DNA of 64,000 nucleotides, from contig MU619244.1 in NCBI GenBank assembly GCA_025201805.1, positions 46,821-110,820 on the forward strand. Reading direction: 5' to 3'. Source of the DNA: Parasitella parasitica NRRL 2501. Taxonomy: Eukaryota > Fungi > Mucoromycota. Below the pieces are notes generated by a model. That model made no database searches. It worked only from the letters and a program-made list of their open reading frames with translations, and was not told where the DNA came from. This document shows positions 39,092-52,357 of the stretch, piece by piece. The number at the start of each line of letters is the position of its first letter. Within the stretch, counting starts at the first letter, position 1. Position numbers and translations under genes: made by a program.

Positions 39092-40301
39092 AATTGATTA
39101 AGATTGGCGTAGACAAAGGGACTCCCCTAGCCGTGGCAATGGCTCTCTGTAACAACTATAAAACTGAATGAGTATCATTGCTATCAAACAACTTCATTTT
39201 CATTTATCAAAATTGTAGCACAATACCCACTCGTCTGTGGCCTCTTTTGATATTAAGAGAGATAAGATCGGATTCGGTGATATCCAATAGCTACATAAAG
39301 AGAATAACAGAATTAGAGACAGCAGTGTGTAGTANNNNNNNNNNNNNNNNNNNNNNNNNNNNNNNNNNNNNNNNNNNNNNNNNNNNNNNNNNNNNNNNNN
39401 NNNNNNNNNNNNNNNNNNNNNNNNNNNNNNNNNNNNNNNNNNNNNNNNNNNNNNNNNNNNNNNNNNNNNNNNNNNNNNNNNNNNNNNNNNNNNNNNNNNN
39501 NNNNNNNNNNNNNNNNNNNNNNNNNNNNNNNNNNNNNNNNNNNNNNNNNNNNNNNNNNNNNNNNNNNNNNNNNNNNNNNNNNNNNNNNNNNNNNNNNNNN
39601 NNNNNNNNNAAAAAAAAAAAAAAAAAAGAAAAAAAGTTTTGGTAAAAAGTGAAGAAAAAAAACTTGAATGTGAAAGAAAAGGCCCATAGAGCCAATTGCA
39701 CTATTAAATGATTCCAGAACAATCATTTGCCAAATCAAACCTGAATATCCAAGTAAAATCGATCTAGCTGAACTCTGCGTTTGAAAATAGAGGATGCTAG
39801 CAACTATTGCAACTTTGATAGTCTAAGGTACTTGATAGCAATAAAACACCAAAGAGAGAGACAAAAGCAAGGGGAAACAAAAAGAAAAAAAACAAGAGTA
39901 TATTTTGGCTTCAACGTACCCCCCTATTTTTCTGTTAAACAGCTAATAATCCTTGAACTCGTGTTTTCATGAAATTGACGTTTAGTCTCGATTCCCTTTT
40001 TGGTTTGCATAAAACTACTGTATCCATTCTAAATTGGACCTCCTTTTTTAAAAATATATGTTGTCTAATAAACCCAACAGTTCAGTCGAGCTGATTCACT
40101 TAAAATAGAAAGTGAACTGAACATTTTTCCAACTGTAAACGCATATGAACCCTTAAATCTTTTCTCTCTTTTCGTTGGATGTCCCTTAAAAATAAAATTG
40201 CAGCATAAAAAGCTTCAAGTTTGCAAACTTTTCAATTTCTCTTCTTTCTTTCTCATTTCAACTCATTTGCCTCTCTGTCTGTCTGTCTTTCTCTTGTCTC
40301 A

Positions 40302-41556
40302 ATGTCATCTTCTTGCGTGCAACAATCATATCAAGATCCATTATCTCACGATGGACAAGACATGAGGTTTGTGGATCCCAATTCCATTTCACAGCAGCAG
40401 CAGCAGCAGCAGCAACAGCAACATCAAGGGAGCTATCCTTATGATTACAGCCAATTCATCAAGAAGCAGCAGCAACAACACCAGCAGAATCCACATCAAA
40501 GAAGATTCAGCTATGCTAGCATGCTCTCAGACGCTGACCAATGCTACCTTCCTACAATCACAAACTCGTCCCCTTCAAACGATAGCGACGACTACACGCA
40601 GCAAGAAACGCCCCCCAATTCCTCATCTGTTGTAAGCCCTGCATCTGTTTCCAACTTTATTGACCCTGTCTATGTTGACTTGCAAACAAAAGGCCTCAAT
40701 CAGCATCAAGCTGGAATGTTCCATCACGGACAACAACATCCCCACATGTTGATGGATCATCGATCTGCCCACCACCAGCCAATTCAGTATTACGATCCTC
40801 ATCACAAGAGCTTTGGTCAAAATAACAATACCTTTAATCATCATCGTAATAATTCGATAATTGCAGCACAGCATCAGGGCTTTCCTATCAGTAGCTTGTG
40901 CACTACACCTACTCCAACTTCAGCTTCTCTCATGAACAAACACAGTCAATCTCGTCCCATGACACCCGTCTCCCCCCCTCTTCTTGTAAAAGATAACTAT
41001 GCTGGCCAACATGATCAAAAATCAAGTGCTATTAATAACAATAACTTGGAGTCAAACGCAAAGCCCAAAAAAACACCCCGTTCTCGAGGTCGTCGTGTCT
41101 CAAATGTTCCTGGCTGTGGCACTCGCATGTTTACATGCAAAGCTGACGGGTGCGGCAAGGTTTTCAAACGATCAGAGCATCTCAAGCGACACATCCGCTC
41201 AATCCATACACTGGAGAAACGTAAGTGATTGTACAGTACAAAAAGATACATTTTCTAATCTATTCACAGCTTTCGAATGCCCATACCAAAGCTGTAACAA
41301 GCGGTTTTCGAGATCAGATAATTTGAACCAGCATATCCGGATTCACCGTCATAGCAACGCTTCAAAAGAAGGTGCATCGACGCCAAAATCATCCAAGCAT
41401 ATCAAATTACAAGGAGTTGCTACATCCTCATCCTCATCCTCATCCATAGCAGCACCAGATAATCTGCATTCTCATCACCAACAGCATCCACATCAACAAA
41501 ATTATTACAATACTACTAGTAATAATAGCAACAGTACTTTTTCAAATTTCATTTAA
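40302..41556 (+). CDS. C2H2 zinc-finger transcription factor, Msn2/Seb1-like; intron at 41222-41269
   Basis: FTCKADGCGKVFKRSEHLKRHIRSIHTLEK|PFECPYQSCNKRFSRSDNLNQHIRIH; PKA-like site RRFS; poly-Q. Confidence 0.88.
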
Positions 41557-43914
41557 ACCATCTTAATAACACACTCATCTCTTCCTCCTCCCCTTTTTCT
41601 TTTCTTGATTAATCTTTATGACCAAATTTTATATAACGAAAAAACAAAAAAAAAAAAAAATTGCCAAGCACACATAATTATGATACACACGATACTTTTT
41701 CCTTATTAAAATATATACATAATATATGCTTTTTTTTTTTTTTTTCTTTTTTGCTTATAACTATATTTACATAAAGATATTTTTTGTGCGTGTCTTGAAA
41801 CCATTATAATACAAATTGTAAATCATCTCCTTGGACGATTTGACTTTTTGCCTATATGGACTACCTCCTTGTATGCGTGTGTGTGTGTATAAAATGAATC
41901 AGGGTGATAATCATGCTGTCATTCTTGGCTTGTAAATCAATGATCGAACTGATTCTTGGTAAGATTATTGAGCCACTGGTCTCCAAATAAAGCATGATTT
42001 GAGGAGTCAATATGGAGCGATCACTCTGTACTATAAATTAGAGTCATTCAGGAGAAAATACAATTTACAAAAATTAGTAGTAGCTCAACATTGACAAGAA
42101 GAAGGAGCTCTTGGTCTATCAATGAGGAGAGAGTACTTCATGAGAAAAAAATAAAAAATAAAAAAGGGTGTACGATTGACACTGTAAAAACAAGAATGAT
42201 GGTTCACTGCCTTATATAAATTGATGGGCGTATCTTACTAATACTACTAGATAGCCTATTCCAGAAGCATGGATTGCACACATACCCACACATACACATT
42301 AAACAAGTGTAGTCAATCACTTGATTCAACTTAATATTGGCAAGTGTCGCCTTTACTGCTTTTGATGCATGCTACTTGCTACTTGGTACTTATTTGTCAT
42401 CATGCTGTATTCAGTATTTTAAAACCAACTTTTATAGCTGTTTGCTTCTTACTATTATGAGTACAGTGCTAGCTGTTGTTTTTAAAATTAAAGCCCACAC
42501 ACACACACAAGCACACAAACACACAAACACACACACACACACAAGCAAGCAAACATAGAATATATAACTTTAGTAGTGATAAGTCAATACAGTATTGTAT
42601 TGATCGATACCGACTACTGCAGCATGTACCAGTTATTTTAGTGACAAAATGTTTGGATGATGGCCAACATTATAGTCACTTTGTGCATACACATCTACAT
42701 ATCCGACAGTATATCAAGATCCACAACGAATAGCACATAGGCGTATAATAAATTCCACTGCGTACTGACTATTACTAGAAATTTTACGTGTATACTAACT
42801 GAAAGATGGTATATAGCGCTAGATAACATGCATTTTTGCTTCTTTAATGTTAGTTCATGTAAAATTAATCTGCATATGGCTTATACATGAGAATCTTTAA
42901 TCAGACGACTGATTAGACTTTTGTTGAATATCACATTCATTTTATTTACACGCTAATGAACGAGATAGATCTCATTATTTCAGAAACATCGATTTGCAGC
43001 GAAATCTAAATCTCGTCTGCGTCAAGGTTTAACAATCGTAATTGCAACTACTATGTATCCAAAAATATAAGGCTGTAGTAATACTTTACGTGATAATTGA
43101 TATACTCTTATCAGTTTCCATGTAATAGGCTCATCAATATACATAAGACGATGTATGGATATCACATGTATATACACAATGTACGTGATTTTTAAACGAA
43201 AAGAAACCATGCACGGCAATATGGTGTCCACTTTGCTGCTGCTGCAGGTTCATTTGAAGCACATCACTGAAGTTATATTATATGTTTGATATATGTCAAC
43301 TGCATTACGTTATTCTCAAATACGAAAATCACGCAGCTTAGTGATAGGAATACACATGCGTACGGGTTTACTAGTTTCACTTGGCAATAATTATAATCAG
43401 ACGTTTTTTTCTTTCACATCTGGAGCTACCCCCATCGAAATATAATCAACAACTTATTGGTGTAACAGTAGCTAACATTCTGTCAAATTCACGTTTTTTG
43501 CGAATACATGCTTAAAATTTAAACAAGCTTTCTTGGAGAGCCATCAGATGTCAGAGGCCAGATCGTCGTACTCATTTCAGATACCACATTTATTTATAGA
43601 AAGTATGCTTAATTCTCAGTACCATACATATTATACTCCTGATATCTAGGCATTAGCCTGATATAGTTTGTGTAGTTTAAAGCGAATAGATAACTCTAAT
43701 ATAGCATCGGAAACATCAAACTAAAGTATTACTGATGTTCCCTTTTGCCTTGAATGCGGTACGGCACGGTCAATCGCAAATGACAGCAAACAGCAGGTCA
43801 CCTAGTTAACAAACTACTGTCCAATCATTGAGTTGTTTTTATGGGCTCTTCTGAAAAAGCCGAAAAAAATATTTTCAGACCTCATTTTCAGTTTAGACTC
43901 TGTCAATAGCCGTT

Positions 43915-45264
43915 ATGCTCCATCAACCTTTTATATACACTTCCTATAGAAGGCTTGCTACAGTCCGTAGCTTCAAGATTCCTTCCCACCCAGCGTCATT
44001 ACAAAAAAAGACCAACTTGATTGGATTGACACTAGATGATCTCAAGCAGGAATTCGTAGGTTTGAAACACTCCAAGAATTATTCAGCATTGCAAATATGG
44101 CAGCACATGTATAGAAAGGGATGCACACAATTTGAAGACATGACCAATATCCACAAAGATCTGCAGCAAGAATTGAATCAAAAGTACGAAATCAAATACG
44201 GGCAAGTCAAGGTTTCGTTGCTTTCTCATAACATAAAGTGTCGTATTTTTACTAATTGTGATAATACTGCTGCTAGCTGGATAAAATTGCAGCTGATGAA
44301 ACTAGAAAATTTCTGATTGGATTTAATACTAAGCAGGATCCAAGGGCCATTGTAGAGACAGTGATTATACCCGAGGCAAACAGATCGACGCTATGTGTCT
44401 CATCCCAAATTGGCTGCTCGTTGAACTGTAGCTTCTGTCATACAGGAACACAAAAAATGGAACGCAGTTTGACGTCAGGAGAAGGTTTGTGGGCTTCATC
44501 AGTGGAAACGTTTGAATTGTGACAAACATTGCATTAGTTGTTGGACAATACATGATTGCAGCTTCGCATAGTGGGGATTTTCCATTCAGGGACGATAAGA
44601 AAAGGACGATTGGGAATATGGTATTTATGGGCCAGGGCGAACCTCTGTACAATTGGAAGAATGTGAGCAAAGCAATCAAGATAATGACAGACACGCAAGG
44701 ACTGAGCTGGCCGAAACCTAAAATCACAGTGTCCACCTCTGGCGTAGTGCCTCTGATCCCGAAAATTGCAACAGAATTAGGAGTATCTCTAGCAGTTTCC
44801 CTGCATGCAACAAACAATGCGCTCAGAGATGTGCTCGTGCCGCTGAACAAGACATTCCCTCTGGAGATGGTGCTAGAAGCTTGCAAAGCCTACGCATCTC
44901 ATATGGGCAACAGAGGAAGGAGGATAACATTTGAATACGTCATGCTGGACCATGTCAATGATTCGTTGTCTGATGCGCGCGCCATGGTCAAGCTGCTGAA
45001 GCAACTGCCGGCTCATGTCAATTTAATGTAAGGTTTAGCATTGGAAGAGTGTGGCGGAATCTAACTAATTTTCTCTTCAGTCCTTTCAATCCTTGGCCTG
45101 GAAGCGGATATAAATCCACCAAAATGGAGCAGATCGAGAGGTTTGCTCAGACAGTAATCCAAGGAGGTGTTCACTGCACTATCCGCAGGCCTAGAGGACA
45201 GGATATCATGGCAGCATGTGGCCAATTAAAAAGCTCTGAGGAAAAGAAGAAGCATTCAAAGTAG
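43915..45264 (+). CDS. rlmN: RlmN-type radical-SAM RNA methyltransferase with 3 introns and a probable mitochondrial presequence
   Basis: [24 protein letters not shown] (CxxxCxxC), [38 protein letters not shown] and [12 protein letters not shown]. Confidence 0.92.
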
Positions 45265-45371
45265 TAGATGGATGTCTTTAGCCTTGTGACGTAGAAAGCG
45301 CAAAGAAATAAATTTTTTCTATTTTCTTCTGTTCTGTCTGCTCTTTCTGTTCGTTCTTCTTTCTTAACATT

Positions 45372-45632
45372 ATGTTTGGCAATAGTTTCGGTCAACCTGC
45401 TGCACAACAAACAACCGGCCTGTTTGGCTCAAATAGCACTTTTGCAGCGCCATCATCAAACAGCCTCTTTGGAGGAGGCGCCACATCCTCGTCAACAGCA
45501 GCTAACATTGCTCCTACAGCTACCACCACAAATACCACTAATACTCTATTCTCCACTGCACCTTCAACGCAATCATCTGGAAACACTCCTTTTAATTCAA
45601 CCCCATCTCTTTTTGGCGGCAGTGCAGCTACC

Positions 45633-45663
<31 letters not shown>

Positions 45664-45722
45664 ACAATACTACCACAGGTATCAACCTATTTTCCATGAA
45701 TAACCAACAGCAACAACAGCAG

Positions 45723-45760
<38 letters not shown>

Positions 45761-46428
45761 ACAGCAATTGCTAGATATCAAAAATAGCTTTCGTGATACC
45801 GTTATCCCTCATTTCCTCGTAAGCGAAAACAACATTACGCGTTCAACCGTACATGCAAACTCTCTTTGGGGAAACAAAGCAAGAGACGTTAGCTCCTCTC
45901 AAGATCACACTTCAAATGCACCAAACACACTGTTCACTTTAAACGAAAGAAATACAACCTTACCACCCTTTTTGACTTCTTCCGAAACTTTTAATTCGGT
46001 AAAATGCAACATTCAGCTCATGTTCTTCAATTGGCTAACATGACTCTTTCCCTTTTTATTTGCTAGTCCACAAATGCCAATGGCTCGAGCAGCTCCAAAT
46101 TACCAAGCAAAAGAAGAATCCTTGAAGACGAAACAGGCACTGCGGATGGGTAAGTTTGCTGTGAATATGTGCGAGCAGCATAATACTAAATGCTGGTCAT
46201 TAGACGCAATGTGATTCCAAAAACGTCAAACCAAGGCATATTTTCCCACTCTTCGAAACTTACAGAAGGCTTCAATTTAAATCTCAAAAAAGCAAGTAAT
46301 GTTGAGATACTGCCACCAAATTCTTATGTAGACGTTGGAATGAATTCCGCAAGCGACCGATTAAAGAACATTAATACCCTCAAGCAGCACCATTCAAGCA
46401 ATTATATTGCCACGTCTGCACCTGAAAG
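45372..46428 (+). CDS. FG-repeat nucleoporin, 5' part only (possibly Nup53/Nup35-like); 3' end lost in the N gap
   Basis: MFGNSFGQ..GLFG..SLFGG..SLFGG repeats; IPHFLV and LPPFLT motifs; introns; a splice donor immediately before the gap at 46452. Confidence 0.65.
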
Positions 46429-47234
46429 GTAAGGTTTTTTTTTTTTTTTTTNNNNNNNNNNNNNNNNNNNNNNNNNNNNNNNNNNNNNNNNNNNNNNNNN
46501 NNNNNNNNNNNNNNNNNNNNNNNNNNNNNNNNNNNNNNNNNNNNNNNNNNNNNNNNNNNNNNNNNNNNNNNNNNNNNNNNNNNNNNNNNNNNNNNNNNNN
46601 NNNNNNNNNNNNNNNNNNNNNNNNNNNNNNNNNNNNNNNNNNNNNNNNNNNNNNNNNNNNNNNNNNNNNNNNNNNNNNNNNNNNNNNNNNNNNNNNNNNN
46701 NNNNNNNNNNNNNNNNNNNNNNNNNNNNNNNNNNNNNNNNNNNNNNNNNNNNNNNNNNNNNNNNNNNNNNNNNNNNNNNNNNNNNNNNNNNNNNNNNNNN
46801 NNNNNNNNNNNNNNNNNNNNNNNNNNNNNNNNNNNNNNNNNNNNNNNNNNNNNNNNNNNNNNNNNNNNNNNNNNNNNNNNNNNNNNNNNNNNNNNNNNNN
46901 NNNNNNNNNNNNNNNNNNNNNNNNNNNNNNNNNNNNNNNNNNNNNNNNNNNNNNNNNNNNNNNNNNNNNNNNNNNNNNNNNNNNNNNNNNNNNNNNNNNN
47001 NNNNNNNNNNNNNNNNNNNNNNNNNNNNNNNNNNNNNNNNNNNNNNNNNNNNNNNNNNNNNNNNNNNNNNNNNNNNNNNNNNNNNNNNNNNNNNNNNNNN
47101 NNNNNNNNNNNNNNNNNNNNNNNNNNNNNNNNNNNNNNNNNNNNNNNNNNNNNNNNNNNNNNNNNNNNNNNNNNNNNNNNNNNNNNNNNNNTGTTAATAA
47201 TATACATATATATCACTTTTAATAAATACACAGC

Positions 47235-49388
47235 ATGAAGCCAGAGAAAAGCGAACAGACGGATGAGGGCTATGTGGAACAAAGATTTGAAGAGCCATTG
47301 TTCATGAAAGATTGGAGCGACGATCGTAAAGCAGGCAAGATTTTGACCCTGTTGTGATTGACCAGAGAGGTCTAAACAATAAATATAATAGAATTTGCCT
47401 ATCAAATATTATTATGCATACCAGTATCGAAGATTGTCAAAGTAGTGGGCAGATTGTCGCCATTACTTCATCGAGACTTTACAGCAGTAAGTAGTTGATT
47501 GTACACCACCAAGGTTACGATAATTTAATTTATAATTTCAGACATTGCCACATGAAATTGCAATACAAATACTTCATCATTTAGATTTGACATCATTAAC
47601 ATGCATGATGAGAGTGAATAAACGTTGGAAATTAATCTGCGAGGACCAAACACTTTGGAGATCGTTATTCTATGCTTCTGGATGGTCAGCAAACAAGTCA
47701 TCCATTCAACATTATCTATCCTCACCATCTGTGCCAGAGTCAGTACAAACGATACCTCAGAAAACCGTCTCGAGTATACCATTAGCACGAACGACAGCTA
47801 ATTTGTATGACCCAACCGCACTGCCTACAATGCCGGGCGCTCCCTTGACGAGATTAAAACCTTTCAAACGCTCAACAGATCTGTTTCTTGACAAAGTTCT
47901 ACGATATAGTATTGTATCAAGCAGTAACTATGACCTGGGTTGGTCAAGTGGCAGACATATTGTGTATGACGCTAGCAGTAGCGCCAGTAGTAGTGTCAAT
48001 AATAGCGCCTGTACCAGCGCCAGCACTAGCACCAGCACCAACAGTAATAGCAGCAGTAGTGCTAGCTTAGCAATCAGACCCACCCATGTCTACCCATCCA
48101 GATCACAGCCTTTACTAGCAAGATCTCCAACTAATACAAATCGAGAAGCTCTTTCACATGTTATTATAGAGCGGCCCTTTGTTAATCGGCCTTTTCCTCG
48201 CCTACATGTCAAATATGACGAAGCTGCCGTCTTTCATTATCAAGAACAACAAGATGTCCGATTCATCAATTGGAAACGACTGTATCGTAACCGTCGCCTC
48301 GTAGACCAACGGTGGAAAGAAGGAAAATGCAAGATACGACCCTTTCCTCCAAAAAACAACTTTAGCAGCGCTCCTGTTTTCGAAGATGTGCAGCATAATA
48401 GCGGTATTTACTGTCTTCAGTTTGATAGCAACCTACTGGTCACCGGTAGTCGAGATAGAAACCTCAAAATGTGGAACATTAGAACAGGTCAACTGCTACG
48501 TACATTAGAGGGTCATACAGCCAGTGTTCTTTGTCTTCAATTCGACCATCGCTATATAATCAGTGGAAGCAGCGATGGCACTCTGATCATCTGGGACATC
48601 AATACGGGTAGAAAGCTCAAGACTCTAAAGGGTCACGGCGAAAGTGTGCTCAATGTTAAACTGCTGGGAAACACTATTGTGAGCTGCTCTAAAGACAGAA
48701 CTGTTCGAACATGGGATCTAGACAGAGGGGTCTCGAAAATGACGTTTAGAGGTCATCGTGCCGCTGTCAATGCAGTGCAGTTTAAAGGAGATCGTATCGT
48801 ATCAGCATCTGGAGATCGTGCCATCAAGATATGGGACATGGTATAGTGGTTAAGAATTTATATTAAGCCTTACGAATTAATTAACAAGTATGTAGAATAC
48901 TGGTCAATGCCTAAAGACTCTCGACTCCCATAGTAGAGGAATCGCTTGTGTCGAATACGATGGACAATACATTGTGAGTGGGTCAAGCGACCAGTCTATC
49001 AAAGTATGGGATGCAATCACTGGTGAATGCCTCCGTACATTATTAGGACACACAGACTTGGTTCGCACATTACAACTAGATTCAAAGAGCAAAACTATTG
49101 TCAGTGGGAGCTATGATGGATGTCTGAAGATTTGGGATTTAGAACAAGGCAAAGAAATCAAGACCTTGGATCAATCATCGCATGGAAGGTACATCTTATA
49201 CAGATTTATGTTCCTCGCCGTGTTTGCTAACTGAATTATGCATTTGCTTTTTTTTTTTTTTTTTTTTTACGTCATGTAGAATCCTTAATTTGCAGTTTGA
49301 TTTTAGTAAAATTGTGTGCTGCTCTAATCTTGGTAAAATCGACATGTATGATTTTACTCATGCCATGGATACTCAATTTTTATTGTAA
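47235..49388 (+). CDS. F-box/WD40 protein, beta-TrCP/FWD-1/Pof11-like, multi-exon
   Basis: F-box RDFTATLPHEIAIQILHHLD...VNKRW; about seven WD40 repeats starting HNSGIYCLQFD..LVTGSRDRNLKMW; first intron is GC-AG (47335-47391). Confidence 0.88.
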
Positions 49389-49877
49389 ATTTACCATTTT
49401 CTTTCATAAAAAGAAAAAAAAAACATAAAATAAACTTCCGCTACGCGATATACACACATGCATCTACAATAATATTTTTGCTATTAAATCGTTTTACAAG
49501 CAAAAATGACAGGGTTACAAAATTAGTGCCATTCAATGCAAAGCTACTTGAATATTATTTTTATCAAGTCAATCCGAATTATAAAATGTATTTTTTATGA
49601 GCAATTAACGTCCTGTAACTTTACGCAGCATTATTACATTCAAGCACCAGCTTACGTGTTTTTTTTTTTGTCTACAATCTATAACTCTAAGGCTGCATGT
49701 TTGAGGTGAAAAAATATTTCTATATTAATTTATTATCACAAAGAAAAACAGCTTTTTTAAGCTCTTTCTTTTTTTTTTTTTTTTTTTATACATCGTAAAA
49801 AGTAAAAATGAAACAAAATTTATAAACGTTTTTAGCTGTAAAGAAAGCAAGGAGGAAAAAAAAGACAACGATGCAAC

Positions 49878-52140
49878 TTAATCAACCTCTTCCATTTGAG
49901 AAACTTCAGCGCTGTCATCGGCAGCAGCTTCAGTAGTAGGTTCATCAGCTGTAGGGAGCTCGTCTTCGTCAATAGAAAGACCGAGGGAGACCATACGGTT
50001 GATACGAGTGGCGAAAGAGCTAGGGTCATCAAGAGTGAAACCAGAGGTCAACAAAGAGGTCTCATACAACAAGGTAACAAGATCCTTAGCAGTGCGGTCA
50101 TTGGCGTCGGCAGAAACCTTTGTCTTGAGAGCCTTGATGATGGGGTGATCAGGGTTCAATTCCAAAGTCTTCTTGGAGGCCATGTAGCTGGACATTGAAG
50201 AATCACGGAGGGCTTGAGCCTTCATGATACGTTCCATGTTAGCGGACCAACCGAATTGACCGGTAGTCAAGACACAAGGAGAATCAGTCAACATGGAAGA
50301 AAGAACAACCTTTTCGACCTTTTCACCGAGGATGTCCTTGACAACCTTACAAAGACCTTCATATTCCTTTTGTTCAGCCTCACGAGCCTTCTTTTCTTCC
50401 TCATCTTCCTCGAGCTCAAGACCATCCTTGGTAATACAGACCAACTTCTTATCCTCGTATTCCTTAAGTTGACTAGTGGCGTACTCATCAATAGGGTCAG
50501 TCATCAAGAGAACCTCAATACCCTTCTTCTTGAAACCTTCGAGGAAAGGAGAGTTCTCGACAGCAGCACGTGATTCGCCAGTGATGTAGTAAATATTCTT
50601 TTGCTTCTCGGGCATACGAGTAACGTAATCCTTGAAAGAAGTCATCTCGTCGCCAGACTTGGTAGAGTAGTAACGCAATAATTCAGCGAGCTTACCACGG
50701 TTTTGGGTATCTTCGTGAATGCCAAGCTTGATGTTCTTGCTGAAAGATTCATAGAACTTGTCAAAGCTCTCCTTGTCCTCAGAGATTTCTTGGAACATTT
50801 CGAGACACTTCTTGACAAGGTTCTTTCTGATGACCTTCAAGATCTTGTTTTGTTGGAGCATTTCACGAGAAATGTTGAGGGGGAGATCTTCAGAGTCGAC
50901 AACACCCTTGACGAAGCTGAGCCATTCAGGCATCAATTCATCACAGTCGTCCATGATGAAGACACGACGAACGTAGAGCTTGATGTTGTTTCTCTTCTTC
51001 TTGGTCTCGAACATGTCGAAAGGAGCACGCTTGGGTACGTAAAGGATAGCACGGAATTCGAGTTGACCTTCGACAGAGAAATGCTTGACAGCCAAATGAT
51101 CTTCCCAGTCGTTGGAGAGAGCCTTGTAGAATTCAGAGTATTCTTCGGGCTTGACATCCTCAGGGTTGCGAGTCCAGAGAGGCTTGGTCTTGTTGAGCTC
51201 CTCATTCTCGGTGACAGTCTCCTTGATGGTCTTCTTTTTCTTTTCGTCCTTCTTGTCATCCTCGTCAGTGACCTCTTCAATCTTGGCACCTTCTTCGGCA
51301 ACAATTTCTTCCTCGTCATCGGAGACTTCCTTTTCGACCTCCTTTTCAACAACGAGTTGGATAGGGTAAGAGATAAATTCAGAGTGCTTCTTGACGATAT
51401 CCTTGATTTTCTTTTCGTCAAGGTATTCAAGCTAGCAAAAAGAATAAAGTGTTAGTGGGGGCGGCGAATGCATGATACTAGCCAAAGACGAAGCACTTAC
51501 TTGATCTTCCTTCATGAAGAGACGCATTTCAGTACCACGGCCAATGGAAGGGTTTACTTCATCACGAGTAATGGTGAAAGAACCGCCAGCAGCAGACTCC
51601 CAGATATATTGCTCGTCGTCATTGTGCTTGGTAATGACTTGGACCTTGTCGGCGACGAGGTAGGCAGAGTAGAAACCAACACCAAATTGACCAATCATGG
51701 AGATGTCAGCACCGGAGGAGAGGGCTTCCATGAAAGCCTTGGTACCAGACTTGGCAATGGTACCCAGGTTGTTGACCAAATCGGCCTTGGTCATACCGAT
51801 ACCGGTATCACGAATAGACAAAATGTTGTTTTCCTTGTCGGGAGTAATACGGATGAAGAGATCCTTCTCGGCGTCGAGAACAGAGGGATCAGTCAAGGAT
51901 TGATAACGAACCTTGTCCAAAGCATCAGAGGCATTGGAGATCAACTCACGCAAGAAAATTTCCTAAAAGAAAAAAAAAACAAAAAAACACGAAATGTACC
52001 AAAAGTTCAGTCGCGTGTCTCAATGACCCTTTTAGTCGTATTTGAATATTTACCTTGTTTGAATAGAAGGTGTTGATGATCAAACTCATCAACTGAGAAA
52101 TCTCAGCTTGGAAGGAAAAGGTCTCGGTTTCAGCAGACAT
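49878..52140 (-). CDS. HSP90: Cytosolic heat-shock protein 90, 2 introns
   Basis: [62 protein letters not shown] and C-terminal MEEVD; strong codon bias. Confidence 0.98.
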
Positions 52141-52357
52141 TTGTTATTGATTAACAATTAGCAAAAGAAAAGAAAAAAGAGTAAAAAGTGTCAGCCGTCC
52201 CTGTATGCGTTTGGTTTTTATACGAGTTTTATTTTCAAATGGAAGGATATAGAAACCTCGCAAAAAAAAAAAAAAAAAAAAAAGTTTTCGATAGTCACAT
52301 TCTTTCTCGCAAATTCGGTGTGCTTCTTCCCCAATCAAGTGATTCTTGACAGTTGTC

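Noticed and set aside
39178-39738. ORFs spanning N runs (also 46380-47405)
   Set aside because: Artefacts of assembly gaps.
43915-45264. Bacterial contamination or a Cfr resistance gene
   Set aside because: Spliceosomal introns and fungal neighbours argue against contamination; the GEP motif is RlmN-type.
45372-49388. FG-nucleoporin / F-box-WD40 fusion across the gap
   Set aside because: The F-box gene has its own ATG at 47235 preceded by AT-rich non-coding sequence, so two genes are more parsimonious.
49896-52076. Long antisense ORFs over HSP90, and similar ones over STE12, CLA4 and 31521-32273
   Set aside because: Shadow ORFs caused by codon bias or low-complexity repeats on the coding strand.
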